From NCBI GenBank assembly GCA_038087875.1, contig CM075981.1, positions 19,840,001 to 19,904,000 on the forward strand: a DNA stretch of 64,000 bases, written 5' to 3'. The notes beneath the pieces were generated by a model. The model had not been told where the DNA came from, ran no database searches, and worked only from the letters and a program-made list of their open reading frames with translations. This stretch comes from Malacoraja senta (lineage: Eukaryota). This document shows, piece after piece, positions 1 through 22,500 of the stretch; within the stretch, counting starts at the first letter, position 1; the number at the start of each line of letters is the position of its first letter. The translations under genes and the position numbers were made by a program.

Positions 1-1175
1 GTATCTGGACTTTCAAAAAGCCTTTGACAAGGTCCCACAGGAGATTAGTGTGCAATATTAGTGCACATGGTATGGGGGTAGGGTATTGACATGGATAGAG
101 AACTGGTTGGCAGACATGAAGCAAAGAGTAGCAATTAACGGGTCCTTTTCAGAATGGCAGGCAGTGAGTGACCAGTGGGGTGCCACAAGGCTCGGTGTTG
201 GGACCCCAGTTGTTTACAATGATTTAGACGAGGGAATTAAATATAACATCTCCAGGTTTGAGGAAGACACAAAGCTGGGTGGCAGTGTGAGCTGCAAGGA
301 GGATGCTGTGAGGCTGCAGGGTGACCTGGATAGGATGGGTGAGTGAGCAGAAGCATGGCAGATGCAGTATAATGTGGATAAATGTGAGGTTATCTACTTT
401 AGCGGCAAGAACAGGAAGGCAGATTATTATCTGAATGGTGTCAGATTCAGAGAAGGGGGCGTGCAAGGAGACCTGGGTGTGCTTGTACATCAGTCACTGA
501 AAGCAAGCATACAGGTACAGCAGGCAGTGAAGAAAGCTAATGGCATGTTGGCCTTCATTGCGAGAGGATTTGAGTTTAGGAGCAAAGAGGTCCTACTGCA
601 GTTGTACAGGGCCCTGGTGAGACTGCACCTGGAGTATTGTGTGCAATTTTGGTCTCCTAATTTGAGAAAGGACATTATTGCTATTGAGGGAGTGCAGCAT
701 AGGTTCACCACGTTAATTCCCGGGATGGCGGGACTGACATATGATGAAAGAATGGGTCGACTGGACTGGGCTGGAATTTAGATGAGAGGGATCTTATAGA
801 AACATATAAAATTCTTAAGTGATTGGACATGAACAAATGTTCCTGATGTTGGGGGGGGGGGTCCAGAACCAGGGGTCACAGTTTAAGAATAAGGGCTAGA
901 CCATTTAGGACTGAGATGAGGAAAAACATTTTCACCCAGATAGTTGTGAATCTGTGGAATTCTCTGCCTCAGAAGGCAGTGGAGGCCAATTCACTCGATG
1001 TTTTCGATAGAGAGTTAGATTTAGCTCTTGGGGCTAAAGGAATCAAGGGATATGGGGGGGGAAAAAGCCAGATCGGGGTACTGATTTTGGATGATCAGTC
1101 ATGATCATAATGAATGGCAGTACTAGCTCGAAGAGCCGAATCGCCTACTTCTGCACCTATTTTCTATGTTTCTAT
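1..1175 (+). mobile_element. CR1 LINE 3' fragment
   Basis: RT C-terminal frames (MQYNVDKCEV, LYRALVRLHLEYCVQFWSP) and ttctatgtttcta tail. Confidence 0.92.
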
Positions 1176-1206
1176 CCAGGTGTGTAATAGAATCTGGGAG
1201 GGAGTG

Positions 1207-2437
1207 TTTAAGCCTTCATGGTTGGACGGGGGTTTTACACAATGGAAGAATTATGGAATTAAAAATATGGGACAACTTTACAAGGAAGGCACTTTTCTGA
1301 CATTTCAGGAGTTGCAACAGACTTATGGACTTCGAGGAAATGATTATTTCAGATATCTTCAACAGAGATTATGTAAAATCGAATACTCAAAATTTTCGAA
1401 TTAGAAATTCAGAAATTCTTGATGAATGTTGGAACAAACATCCTAATACAGAAAAATTAATATCTTATATATATAATATCTTATTAGACAGTGACATTCC
1501 ATCGACGGACTTACACAGACAAACATGGGAAAAAGAATTAAATCTAATAATAACGAAAGATACTTGGGAAGAAAGTTTGCAACACATACATCAATGTTCA
1601 TTAAACGCCAGACATTCTCTAATACAATTTAAAGTAATACATAGGTTACATTATTCAAAAACAAAACAACATAAAATTTTTCAACATATCTCACCTATAT
1701 GTGATAAATGTCAACATTTAGAAGCTACCTTATCTCATATGTTTGCAAACTGTATAAAAATTAAAAAATTCTGGGTAAATATTTTCAGTATAATATCTAA
1801 AGTAACCAGCATACAATTGGACCCAGATCCAAAATTAATAATACTTGGAATATTAGAATTAAATCAAACATTTAGAACAACACAAAGAAACTTTATTGAT
1901 TATAGTTTAATAACAGGAAAAAAAATAATTCTAAAATTTTGGAAAGGCCCTACGACCCCCACAATCAAAATGTGGATTATAGAAATGACGGAGACCTTAA
2001 ACGTGGAAAGAATCAGATTCTCCCTGTTGGACAAACAGGAATTATTCGTTGGAACATGGTCTCCTTTTATTGATTACTTAAAGGGTCAGAACAGTTCAGC
2101 ACAGGAACCTGACTAGCACCCGGGCTAAAGAATGGATGAAATGCTATATTTAGAAATGTACGAATATATCTCGAATGAAGTTTTCTATTTTAATAAATTT
2201 TTCCATTCTTCTTTAACTATCTTTTTTTTTTTTTTTTTTTTTTTCTTCTCTTTCTTTTCTTTCTTTACTTCATCTTTCTCTTTAGTTCTATTTAGTTCAA
2301 CAAAAAAAAAGGCAAAAGGTATTGGAGACAATGTAATAATAATTGACAATATTATCAATTTAAAAATGTAAGACTGTAATGATGTAACTAGGTTGTGTAC
2401 ATATCTCCAATAAAAAAATATTTAAAAAAAAAAAAAA
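1207..2437 (+). mobile_element. 5'-truncated L1-clade LINE with polyA and TSD
   Basis: ORF2 C-terminal Cys domain (CDKC..EATLSHMFANC..IKKFW), AATAAA and A-tail; 18-bp direct repeat agaatctgggagggagtg at 1189-1206 and 2438-2455. Confidence 0.92.
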
Positions 2438-2489
2438 AGAATCTGGGAGGGAGTGGATAGGAATGCCAATTAATGTTTGATTAGTCTAA

Positions 2490-4937
2490 AGGGCCTGTTC
2501 CACTTGCCGACTTTTTTTCGGTGACTGCCGGCATCATTGACTGACGTATCAGGTCACCCAAAAATTTGCGGCGTGACGACGTATGACGCGCTGTGTTTTT
2601 TTCAAGTGTCACAACATAGAAACATAGAAAGTAGGTGCAGGAGTAGGCCATTCGGCCCTTCGAGCCTGCACTGCCATTCAATATGATCATGGCTGATCCA
2701 ACTCCGTATCCTGTACCTGCCTTCTCTGCATACCCCCTGATCCCTTTAGCCACAAGGGCCACATCTAACTCCCTCTTAAATATAGCCAATGAACTGGCCT
2801 CAACTACATTCTGTGGCAGAGAATTCCAGAGATTCACCACTCTCTGTGTGAATTTTTTTTTTCTCATCCCGGTCCTAAAAGATTTCCCCCTTATCCTTAA
2901 ACTGTGACCCCTTGTTCTGGACTTCCCCAACATCGGGAACAATCTTCCTGCATCTAGCCTGTCCAACCCCCTAAGAATTTTGTAAGTTTCTATAATATCC
3001 CCCCTCAATCTTCTAAATTCTAACGAGTACAAGCCGAGTCTATCCAGTCTTTCTTCATATGAAAGTCCTGACATCCCAGCAATCAGTCTGGTGAACTCCC
3101 TCTATGGCAAGAATGTCCTTCCTCAGATTAGTAGACCAAAACTGTACGCAATACTCCAGGTGTGGTCTCACCAAGATCCTGTACAACTGCAGTAGAACTT
3201 CACTGCTCCTATACTCAAATCCGTTTGCTATGAATGCTATCATACCATTCGCTTTCTTCACTGCCTGCTGCACCTGCATGCCTACTTTCAATGACTGGTG
3301 TACCATGACACCCAGGTCTCGTTGCATCTCCCCTTTTACTAATCGGCCAACATTCAGATAATAGTCTACTTTCCTGTTTTTGCCACCAAAGTGGATAACC
3401 TCACATTTATCCACATTATACTGAATCTGCCATGCATTTGCCCACTCACCCAGCCTATCCAAGTCACCTTGCAGCCTCCTAGCATCCTCCTCACAGCTAA
3501 CACTGCCCCCCCGCTTTGTGTCATCCGCAAACTTGGAGATGTTGCATTCAATTCCCTCGTCCAAATCATTAATATATATTGTAAATAGCTGGGGTCCCAG
3601 CACTAAGCCTTGCGGTACCCCACTAGTCACTGCCTGCCATTCTGAAAAGGACCCTTTTACTCCTACTCTTTGCTTCCTGTCTGCCAGCCAGTTCTCTATC
3701 CACATCAATACTGAACCCCCAATACCGTGTGCTTTAAGTTTGTATACTAATCTCTTATGTGGGACCTTGTCGAAAGCCTTCTGAAAGTCCAGATAGAACA
3801 CATCCACTGGTTCTCCCTTATCCACTCTACTAGTTACATCCTCGAAAAATTCTATAAGATTCGTCAGACATGATTTACCTTTCATAAATCCATGCTGACT
3901 TTGTCCAATGATTTCACCACTTTCCAAATGTGCTGCTATCCCATCTTTAATAACTGACTCTAGCAGTTTCCCCACTACCGATGTTAGACTAACTGGTCTG
4001 TAATTCCCCATTTTCTCTCTCCCTCCCTTTTTAAAAAGTGGGGTTACATTAGCTACCCTCCAATCCTCAGGAACTACTCCAGAATCTAAAGAGTTTTGAA
4101 AAATTATCACTAATGCATCCACTATTTCTGGGGCTACTTCCTTAAGTACTCTGGGATGCAGCCTATCTGGCCCTGGGGATTTATTGGCCTTTAATCCATT
4201 CAATTTACCTAACACCACTTCCCGGCTAACCTGGATTTCACTAATTTCCTCCATCACATTTGACCCCCGGTCCCCTGCTATTTCCGGCAGATTATTTATG
4301 TCTTCCTTAGTGAAGACAGAATCAACGTAGTTATTCAATTGGTCTGCCATGTCCTTGTTCCCCATGATCAATTCACCTGTTTCTGACTGCAAGGGACCTG
4401 CATTTGTTTTAACTAATCTTTTTCTCTTCACATATCTATAAAAACATTTGCAGTCAGTTTTTATGTTCCCTGCCAGTTTTCTTTCATAATCTATTTTCCC
4501 TTTCCTAATTAAGCCCTTTTTACTCCTCTGCTGGACTCTGAATTTCCGTCCAGTCCTCTGGTAGGCTGCTTTTTCTGGTTAATTTGTATGCTTCATCTTT
4601 TGTTTTGATACTATCCCTGATTTCCCTTGTTATCCATGGATGCACTACCTTCCCTGATTTATTCTTTTGCCAAACTGGGATGAACAATTGTTGTAGTTCA
4701 TCCATGCAGTCTTTAAATGCCTTCCATTGCACATCCACCGTCAACCCTTTAAGAATCAATTGCCAGTCTATCTTGGCCAAATCCCGTCTCATACCCTCAA
4801 AGTTACGTTTCTTTAAGTTCAGAACCCTTGTTTCTGAATTAATTATATCACTCTCCATCCCAAATTTTTTTTGTTGCCGCTGGATTTTGAAATGACGACG
4901 GCAGTCGCCAAAAAAATCGTCACGTGGGACAGGCCCT
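2490..4937. mobile_element. PIF/Harbinger-type MITE split by a CR1 insertion
   Basis: TIRs agggcctgttccac / gtgggacaggccct; TAA on both sides (2487-2489, 4938-4940). Confidence 0.8.
2614..4860 (-). mobile_element. CR1 LINE, ~2.25 kb, near-intact RT
   Basis: 458-aa ORF 3055-4431 with YRPVSLTS, DFQKAFDKV, GVPQG, FADD; (AACATAGA)n tail. Confidence 0.96.
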
Positions 4938-4999
4938 TAAAGGATCGTTAAACAACGGTGGCCTGAAGGGCCTGTTTCTGGCCACTGTCTCTCTAGCTG

Positions 5000-7030
5000 A
5001 TGTGATTGCACTGAAGAGGGTGTAGAGCAGATTCACCAAGATGTTGCCTGCGATGGAACCTTTCAGTTGCGAGGTGAGGCTGTTTGTTTTCCCTGGAGCG
5101 GAGGAGGCTGAGGGGGGACCTGAGAGAGGGCAGAACAATAAAGAGGGCCACTGACAAGGCGGATTGTGAGAGACGTTTCTGCATGGCAGAGGTGTCAAAA
5201 ACTATAGACAATAGACAATAGGTGCAGGAGTAGGCCATTTGGCCCTTCGAGCCAGCACCGCCATTCAATGTGCTCATGGCTGATCATCCCCAATCAGTAC
5301 CCCGTTCCTGCCTTCTCCCCATATCCCCTGACTCCACTATCTTCAAGAGCCCTATCTAGCTCTCTCTTGAAAGTATCCAGAGAACCTGCCTGCACCGCCC
5401 TCTGAGGCAGAGAATTCAACAGACTCACCACTCTCTGTGAGAAAAAGTGTTTCCTCATCTCCGTTCTAAATGGCTTACTCCTTATTCTTAAATGACCTAA
5501 AGGTCATAAGTTGAGAAAAATAAATTTAGAGGGGATTTCACTGGAGTTTTTTCACCCAGAGGGTGGTTGGATTCTGGAACTCACTAGGAGAAGGTGGTGG
5601 AGGCAGAGATTCTCCCAACATTTTGCTATTCATTTGAATCGCCAAAGAATAAAGGCCGTGGACCCAAGTGCTGGTAAATGGCACTAGTATAGATCGGTAT
5701 TTGATGATCAGCCTGGACATGGTGGGCCGAAAGGCCTGTTTCTAAGCTGTTTAACTCTGATGCTACAAACACATCCCCCATTTCCCCTTTATCCGCAGCT
5801 CAGGTTCTTCTGAGAACAAACATAAATTTTAAATGCATGGTTTTCCTTTCACAAAGGTATACTGCCTTGCATGTTTTTAGTTAGTGAGATGCATGATGTT
5901 AATTATAGCTTTGAACATCTCCCAGTTGATGTCATACTAACAGGCGTAGAGCTTCCTGCTTTCTGACTCGCTTCCTCTTTTTCTTTGCACAAAGGCGATA
6001 CATTTGCTATTTTCGAATCAAATGAAACTTGTTTGAATAGATTTTGGAGAATTGGAACTTTGCGCATCATCTATTTCACTGACTACTATTTGAAGATACT
6101 TGGGTGAATTCCATCAGCAGCTGGAGGCTACCAGCCCACAGTCCGAACAATCTGCTCCAACCCCTGCCCTGGTGAAGGCAATACCAGCCACCTCTCCTAC
6201 TCTTCCCCTGAGTTCTTCCCATGGAAGCTTCAGGGAGATTAGCACAGGCAGAGTACTTGGTTGAAGACATACATGATGTGAAAATTGTCAGCTCACACTG
6301 TGAAAGAGAAAGAAAACAGTGTTTTTTACTTTGTGAGAGACGGGACAATGTTGGTGTGGAGAAGGAGCCGAGTCCCTGGGCACCACTCACTGGACGTTCC
6401 CCTGCAGGAAGAGCAGCGGTCAGGAGGGGGATGGTCCGTGGGCTTTCACTGCAAGAGGGGTTGAGTCCAGGAGTTGAGACATCTCCCTCCAATTATCCGG
6501 GGCCCGGGGGAGACCACACCTGGAATATTGTGGACAGGTCTGGGCTCCCCACCTGAGGGAGGTTCAGGTGAGGGAGGGAGTGCAGCAAAGGGTCATCGGA
6601 TCGATTCCCGGGATGGGGGGGTTTGTCCCAGGAGGAGAGAGGAAGCAGACTGGGACCGTCCTCTCTGGCGTTTAGAAGAACGAGAGGAGATCTCACTGAA
6701 ACCTCCCAGCTCCTTCCAGGGCTCGACAGGATGGGTGTGGGGAGGTCGTTTCCTACGGCTGGGGTGTCTGGAACAAGGGGGTCCCCGTCTCAGAATGAGG
6801 GATCGGCTGTTCAGGGCAGAGATGAGGAGAAATGTCTCTCCCCACAGGGGGGTCTTTGGAATTCTCTTCAACTGAGGCTGTGTGGTCCTGGTCACAGAGG
6901 CAATTTACGACAGATCGCTGGGGTTTGGAATGTTACAAAATTGAGGGATGTGGGGTTAGTGAGGGAGAGTGAGGCTGAGGGAAAAGATCAGCCGCGGTCT
7001 CACTGAATGGGGCAGCAGGAACGAGTAGCC
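5000..7030. mobile_element. Cluster of short CR1 3' fragments, both strands
   Basis: (GACAATA)n-tailed piece at 5205-5495 (-); degraded RT-end pieces at 5540-5760 and 6500-7030. Confidence 0.7.
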
Positions 7031-7089
7031 AAGTGACCTATTGTTTATCGCCTCCCCTTTCTTTATCTCCTCCACTCTCTGGCCAACAG

Positions 7090-15634
<8,545 letters not shown>

Positions 15635-15754
15635 CGCACACTCCAGAAGCCCAGCTGCGCTACCGTCTCTCGCTCCCCTCTAGGGCAGACGGGGCTATTC
15701 CCCTCCCTGCCACCCTTTGCTCCGTGTGTATGTTCCTCAATGTAACATTGGATT

Positions 15755-15760
15755 AATAAA
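15755..15760 (+). terminator. NDUFS2 polyadenylation signal
   Basis: AATAAA about 120 nt after the stop codon. Confidence 0.8.
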
Positions 15761-16384
15761 TGGAATTGCTCAAGCTCGTTCACATCATCTCTCCGTGGGG
15801 TGACCTCAAAGGCCCGTAGTGGTGGGGCTGCTAGTTGCAGGAATGGAGCTGTTTAACTGCAGGGCCATCGCGACCTGTGGTTGCAGGCAGTGGAGTTACA
15901 TTATGAGATTTGCACTGCCCCTTATTGTGGGAGACAATTCAGCAGGGGTCTATCCAAAATGCTCAGCCCTTCCTAACACCGATTACTTGCATCCCCACCC
16001 CTCCCCAACTTGCCATCATGTCCTGACTTATCCCTCCTGCTCCTGGTCTCCCCCCAACTCTCCCCCTCCACCCCAGCTTTCCACTTATCTCGCTCTCTCT
16101 CCCTCCCACTCTTCCCCTCCCCCAACACCCACAACTAGCTCGCTCTTCCCTCTCCTTCACCTGCTTGCTCTCCCCTTTCTCTCTCTCTCGCTCGCTGCTC
16201 ATTTTCTTTCTCTCTCTCTCTCTCTCTTGCTCTCCCCTTCCTTTCTCTCTCGCTCGCCGCTCATTTTCTCTCTCTCTCTCTCTCTCTCTTTTCCCCCCTC
16301 CCCCCCACCTCTTTTTATGTCTCAACCCTGTCCATCTCTCCTCGCTCCACCCACCCCTATCTTGCCCCACTCTTCCTGTGCTCT

Positions 16385-16445
16385 GGGAAGTCAGTGACTC
16401 TTTGACCACATCTCTGGCTAGGCTCTCCAGTCTTACTTCCTCCTC
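16385..16445 (+). promoter_or_regulatory. Putative FCER1G proximal promoter (ETS x2, RUNX)
   Basis: GGAAGT 16386-16391, GACCACA 16404-16410, ACTTCCT 16435-16441, 70-125 nt upstream of the ATG; motif match only. Confidence 0.45.
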
Positions 16446-16511
16446 ACAGACGGCCAGCCCAGCAGGCAGGACGTGCGGACTCTTCCACTGTGCCTGGCTG
16501 CTCGCTCCACC

Positions 16512-16557
16512 ATGAAGGCTATTCTTGCCCTCGTCTTTCTCTTCCACTCCGCTGCTG
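16512..16557 (+). CDS. FCER1G: FCER1G exon 1 (signal peptide)
   Basis: Kozak ccaccATG; [15 protein letters not shown] g|gtaagt, phase 1. Confidence 0.88.
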
Positions 16558-19500
16558 GTAAGTCGGACATGTCCTGGGTCCTGTGGTCACCCCTCCCCCT
16601 GACACCTCATGTTTATCGACTAGCACTGAGCCGTGGGGCTTACTGGGGGCCATTTTGGGTTCTGTCCAGCCCTGAGCTCAGACATCCAAAATCCACCCCA
16701 TCTATACTCCGCTACCAGCCCTCCACAACACACGGCAGCCCCTCCCCCGTAACCCCTACACCTGCCCTACCCCCATAACACCCTCCAGCCCCTGCAGCCT
16801 TCCCTGTCCCTGTAACCCCTGTCCCGTAACCCTGCCCTATCCCTGTAACCTCCTACACTCCTGTCCCCGAAACCCTGTCGAGCTCGTACACCCTGCCCTA
16901 TCCCTGTAACCCGTTACAGACCCGACACCCTTCTATATCCCTGTAAGCCACTACAGACTAATCCCCTCCCCACCTCTGGCCCATACACCTCTCCCTGTTT
17001 CTGTGAGCCTCTGTACCCTCCTGCCCCTCATCATCCCATCCAGCTGCTGCATCTCTACTGGTTAGGTGTGCAGGCAGGGTGATTTGTGTTCATCACTGTC
17101 TGACTCTGTTGTACAGGGCAGCATGGGGACTGGGTTGAGGGCGATATTCGTACCGAGCACTAGTGGGGATAATGAAATTGGGGGAGGCTGCTCCTGGAAT
17201 TGAGTGAATCGTTGTCATTTTTTGGGGCGTGTACATGGTGTGCCCGAGGGTTTTGCTGGTACACCTGCCTTGACAGGGAATGGTTGGTGGGATGGGAGAG
17301 TCTAGCAATTGCCAAACGGTGACTGAATCCTCCCAGCCCTCCCTGTGCTGTTTCTGTCGAGACATGGTGATCAAAAGCCCTGATTAAAATGGCCGTCTGA
17401 TCTTATTTTGGTTTCAGTCTCTCTTCCTGTTGCAAAATGGGGGAGAGATGGTGATAGCGAGCGTGTGTGAAAGATGGGTCTGGCCGCTCTCATACCTGAG
17501 CTGGCCCAGGCTCCGGAAGCTGCATGGTCTGAGCCCGAGTTACTGTTGGGGCAACGTTCCCCAAGGCCATGAGCTGGAGAGGGGCCCATCTCACAATATA
17601 GAGACTGACTGTGCAAGTCTCACCAATTCCTGATACAACTGAAGCACAATCGCAAGGCTTTAATATTCAGTTGCCCCAGGACAGTTGTCTGAGTCCCCAA
17701 AGCCCATCAGGGAAGGAATTCCATGGATTCCCCGCTCTGGATGAAAACATTTGTCCCATCTCTACCCCTCACTCTGAGACGGGGGACCCCTGGCTCTAGA
17801 CACCCCAGCCAGGGCACAGCCCTCCTCACATCTGCCCCGTCGAGTCGTTGATTCAAACCCTCTCACAGTGAAGGGCCACGGACAGTCTCCCTCCTGACCG
17901 CTGTGCTTCCTGCGGGGAACGTCCAGTGAGTGGTACCCAGGGTCTCCCATGTCCTTCTCCACAACAACACCGTCCCATCTCTCTCCATCACAACAAAAGT
18001 GCCCCAGCTTTTTATTTCTTCCTCCACAGTATGGGGTGGAAGGAATAGAAAGGAATAGGAATAGTCCAAATGGGGTAACTGGATAGGGTGAACTGCTTTA
18101 AATACCTGGCCGTCCACATCACATAGGATCTAACATGGGCTACACACACTGTCGCAATGGTGAGTAAGGCTACGCAGCGCCTTTACCACCTCAGGCAGCT
18201 GAGGAAATTCAGAGTCTCTCTGAGGATCCTTCAGTGCTTCTACTCTGGGCTGGAGAAAGCATCTTGTCCAGCAACATCACAAGCTGATTTGTGAACAGCT
18301 CTGCCCAGGACAGGAAGGCTCTGCAGAGAGTAGTGCGTTCGGCCGAACGCACTATGGGAACAACACTCGCCCCCCTGCAGGACCTATACACCAGGAAGTG
18401 CAGATCCAGAGCCAGCAACATTATGGGGGACCCCTACCACCACAGCAACGGATTATTCCAGCTGCTACGGTCAGGCAAACGCCTCCGCTGTCACGCTGTG
18501 AAAACGGAGAGGATGGAGTTTCTTCCCATAGGCCATCAGGACTGTAAATTCTTATCTCACCGGGGACTAATTTACTGTACTAATTTACTGTTGTGTTCTC
18601 TGGAAAAAAATTTTTTTCTAACATGTAAATACTGATTCTGTTCTGTAGATTTTCCACAATCCGCAGGCATTGCCATTTTCATTTCACTGCACTTCTTGTA
18701 CGTGTATGTGACAAATAGTTGACTTGACTTGAAGTGGGTGACCTGCCATTTTTCCGTATTGTACTCCATCTGCCATGTCCCTGCCCATTCACTTGGACAG
18801 TATATATCCTCACAGAACCTCCTTCATCCATCCATCACCTATGCTACCCGCCATCCAAAATACGGACGTCTCTCAACCTTGTCTTTAGAACCTGTGGATG
18901 TAACCCAAGCTCCCTCTACTGCTTTACAATGCTTGATGCTCACTGTTCATTGCCTATTCCCTGTCTGGTTTCACCTCCCCAGATGCATCAGCTCACACTG
19001 AACCTCAAAATAATGGAGGGTACAGGTCACTGTCTCGCTCAGGGGAGTGTCCTGGGCCCAACTATTTTCAGCTGCATCATCAATGCCCTTCCATCCCAAG
19101 GTCAGAAGTGAGGATGATCATTGATTGCACAATGTTCAGTTCCATTCACAACTCCTCAGCTAGTGAACAGCCCGAGTCTGCATGCAGCAGGAGCCAGATA
19201 ACTGTGTCCAGGCCTAGAATCCTAACTTTGGGAAAGATGCAAGGGTTCCAGAAAGGATGGGCAAGGGATTACCCAACATGGTTCCACAGATGAGAGAGTT
19301 TTAGTTGTGGCAGAGAGGAGGGGAGATGGGAGTAGCTGGGATTGATCTGTATTGGAGAGGGGATGGGTGCAGGGCCTTGTGGAGTGAAGAGGCGGAGCGG
19401 AAAGGGTGGGAGAATGGGACGGGGATAGGCTCCTCGAAAGGACCAGCACAAACTCAGTGGGCTGAATGGCTGCCTTTCTGCTGGGCGAGTAGAAGGGGAA

Positions 19501-22500
19501 GGTGACCATATGATGTTCACAACTTCAGTGGTTGGGAAATTATCACTACCTAAACATTTCGTGAAAACACAGTTTTAAATAGCTCTGGTTATCTGATGGA
19601 CAGAGTACAGGGCGAGAGTAAGCTAGTGATCACAATCATGCCCCTTCCTCTGACTTTGCAGAGATAACATGCCTCCCTTATGCTCCGGTGCAGTCTCAAA
19701 CTGCTCTGCTGGTAACAATGACACGAGCAATGGACAAGTACACCACTCACACATTACTAGGACACTGGTGAGACACAGGTTGAAGCTGCCTCATACAGAC
19801 TGAAAAGGCAGGGACAGAGAATTCTGGATCAGATACATGGCTGTACGATTGTGCTGTGGAATGTGTCAGAATTCACTGTAAATGGTGTGGTTCTATTAAC
19901 ATGGTCTGGGTGGGTACCTGCAGGACATTTTGTAGATGGTGCAGGACACTGCGCACCAATGGTGGAGGGAGGGATGTTAGGGCTGAGGGAGGAAATGTTT
20001 TGGAAAGCTAATGGAGAGATGCTTTGGCCTGGATGGTGTCAATCTTCTTGAGTTGATAGAAGTGCACTCACCCAGGCAAGTGGAAAATGTTCTCTCTCAC
20101 CTTGAAAAACACCAAATTTTAGGTGTAAACCCCAAATAAAAAATGGTAATATTGGAGTCAACAACGTGGAAGCGTATCCATGCAGCTAACGGGAAAGAGA
20201 GTGTAGGAAAGGTCATGTTTAAACTAACAGGGCAGGGGGATGGGACCAAATGCAAGGAGACAGAGGGCCATAAAAGGAGGACAGATGCAAAAGGCAGAAG
20301 GGAGATAAGAAAAATTAACCTGAAAGCTTTGTGCCTTAATGCGAGAAGCATTCGAAATAAGGTGGAGGAGTTGAATGCAGTTAGTAGTTAAGGGATATTG
20401 TAATGTTCCATTACCTTTGAAGCATATGTCCCTATGAGTAGGTCAATGCCAGAGTCTATTTCAGGAATCTTGATATCCTTCAAGTAAGGCCATTGTAACA
20501 GCTCTTCCTGTCTGGGAATGTTCAGCTGAGAAACAGGCATGGTCTTGTGTGTGAACACATCAGATAGTTGAATGACATCGTCTTTGTCCAGACTAGATAT
20601 TTCCAAACCTGAGATTTGGTGACTGATCACAGGCTTCATCTGGTTCATGGTACCCAAGAGAATACTAGCCTTTTGTCCTGTAATTTTCTGCCTTCTCATC
20701 AAGCTTTCTGTGCAAAAGGTCGATTAGCTTCCATGATCCCAAAATGCATATGTTTGCAACGCTGTGTCCCCCTCATGGCTTTTTTACCTGTACTGGTACA
20801 ATGGAGAAGATGCAGGCTTCTTCACTGGCCCCAATATGCTGCATATATGAGGTGAGGGAACAGCATTACTCACAATTGGCATCTCATTCTGTTCTGTATG
20901 CTTTGGCTTCTCTTTGTTCTTTTGTTCAATGTGAAGTATTTCAGGATGGTTTTGGTTGCACACACACACAAGTCAAACAACTCTTGCAGTCTCTGCTCAT
21001 GTGTCCTATTTTCAAACATCCAAAGCAGACTCCCTTCTCCTTCAAGAAGTCTATCCTTTTTCTGTGCCCCCTCTCCCTGATCTGTGGACACCACCCCAAT
21101 GTGTGACCACTTTTATTACAGAACAAACAAGAACCTTGAGAATTTGGTGGTAGATATATTTCTTCGCATTCCACTTGTTGTCAGATTTTCTTGCACTGGT
21201 GTTTCTACAGGTATTATAGTTGTTGTAAAACTGCTTCCTCTTGGTCCTGACCTTTCCCTTGCTTTAACAAAAGTACCGCCTTTGACAGTTGCAATTGGCC
21301 TAGCATCCTGAATGTTTCCAAAAAGTGGATCGGACAGTATCTTCACTTGTCTCTCCATGAAGTCTACCAGGTCAGAAAATCTAGTTCGCTGTCCAAGTTG
21401 CTCTTATAGCTGACATGCACTATCCCTCCACTTGTCTCTGATCTTGTATGGCAGCTTTAGAGGATGGTCTTCATATTGGAAGCAACATTCATTTCCTCCA
21501 TATAGGTGAGATGTGCCATTGCATTGCAACAACCTCTAATGAACAGTGAGCCTGCTTCCAATGCCTTCACATCCTCTGGTCTGATCACTGACCAGGCAAA
21601 TACCTTGACCATATATGCAGTGGCAATCTTATGTTCATTACCAAAATGTTTTTTAAGCAGATCTTTTGCTCTTTGATAGCCCTGGGCTGGAGGCAAATGT
21701 TGGCAACTCGAAGAGGGTCTTTTGGATACCCTCTTGTGTATTGCTCTAGAAATTGCAACCAACCACATGCCCTGATGTAAACTTCATACTGCTTCCTCTT
21801 TCAACACCATCAAAAACATGAATGTCTCTTGGTGGTAAAGTAGAAGAGAGATTTTGTTGAGCCAGAAGAGCAGTGATGTCAGTACATTTTGCCCTTGAAG
21901 AGAATATTGAGTTAGAAGGGTCTTATCATGAGCTCCAACAGATGCTCCATGAGTTGTTTGTTTTGGTCTAACAACCAGTTGCTGGGAGGAAGATCAGTGC
22001 CCATCAACACATTCTGTCTTTGTTGCACTTGATCAGATAAGTATTCATTTGCATGTGGATTTAATTTAGCTGATGCTTCCTTTTGAGCAGTTCCTCTTCT
22101 CAAGTAAGAGTTCATCCCATCAGATACTCTAGAGCTGTTTCGTGATCCCTTGGCCTCAAGTACATTGAAGGTACACAATAATGCTGGAGAAACTCAGCGG
22201 GTGCAGCAGCATCTATGGAGCGAAGGAAATAGGCAATGTTTCGTGCCGAAACCCTTCTTCAGACTGATGGGGGGTGGGGAGAAGAAAGGAAAAAGGCGGA
22301 GGAGGAGCCCGAGGGCTGAGGGATGGGAGGAGACAGCCCGAGGGCTGAGGAAGGGGAGGAGACAGCAAGGGCTAACAGAATTGGGGGAATCCAATGTTCT
22401 GTTAGCTCTTGCTGTCTCGTCCCTTCCTCAGCCCTCGGGGTGTCTCCTCCCATCCCTCAGCCCTCGGGCTCCTCCTCCGCCTTTTTCCTTTCTTCTCCCC

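Noticed and set aside
3055-4431. 458-aa ORF as a host gene or active LINE
   Set aside because: CR1 RT lacking the endonuclease, with a frameshifted C-terminus; non-autonomous.
6076-6556. ORFs of 111 and 138 aa in NDUFS2 intron 2
   Set aside because: No recognisable motif or convincing splice signals.
1-7089. NDUFS2 exons 1-2 or an ADAMTS4 5' end
   Set aside because: No transit-peptide or QWQPD-like exon seen; the region is mostly TE debris.
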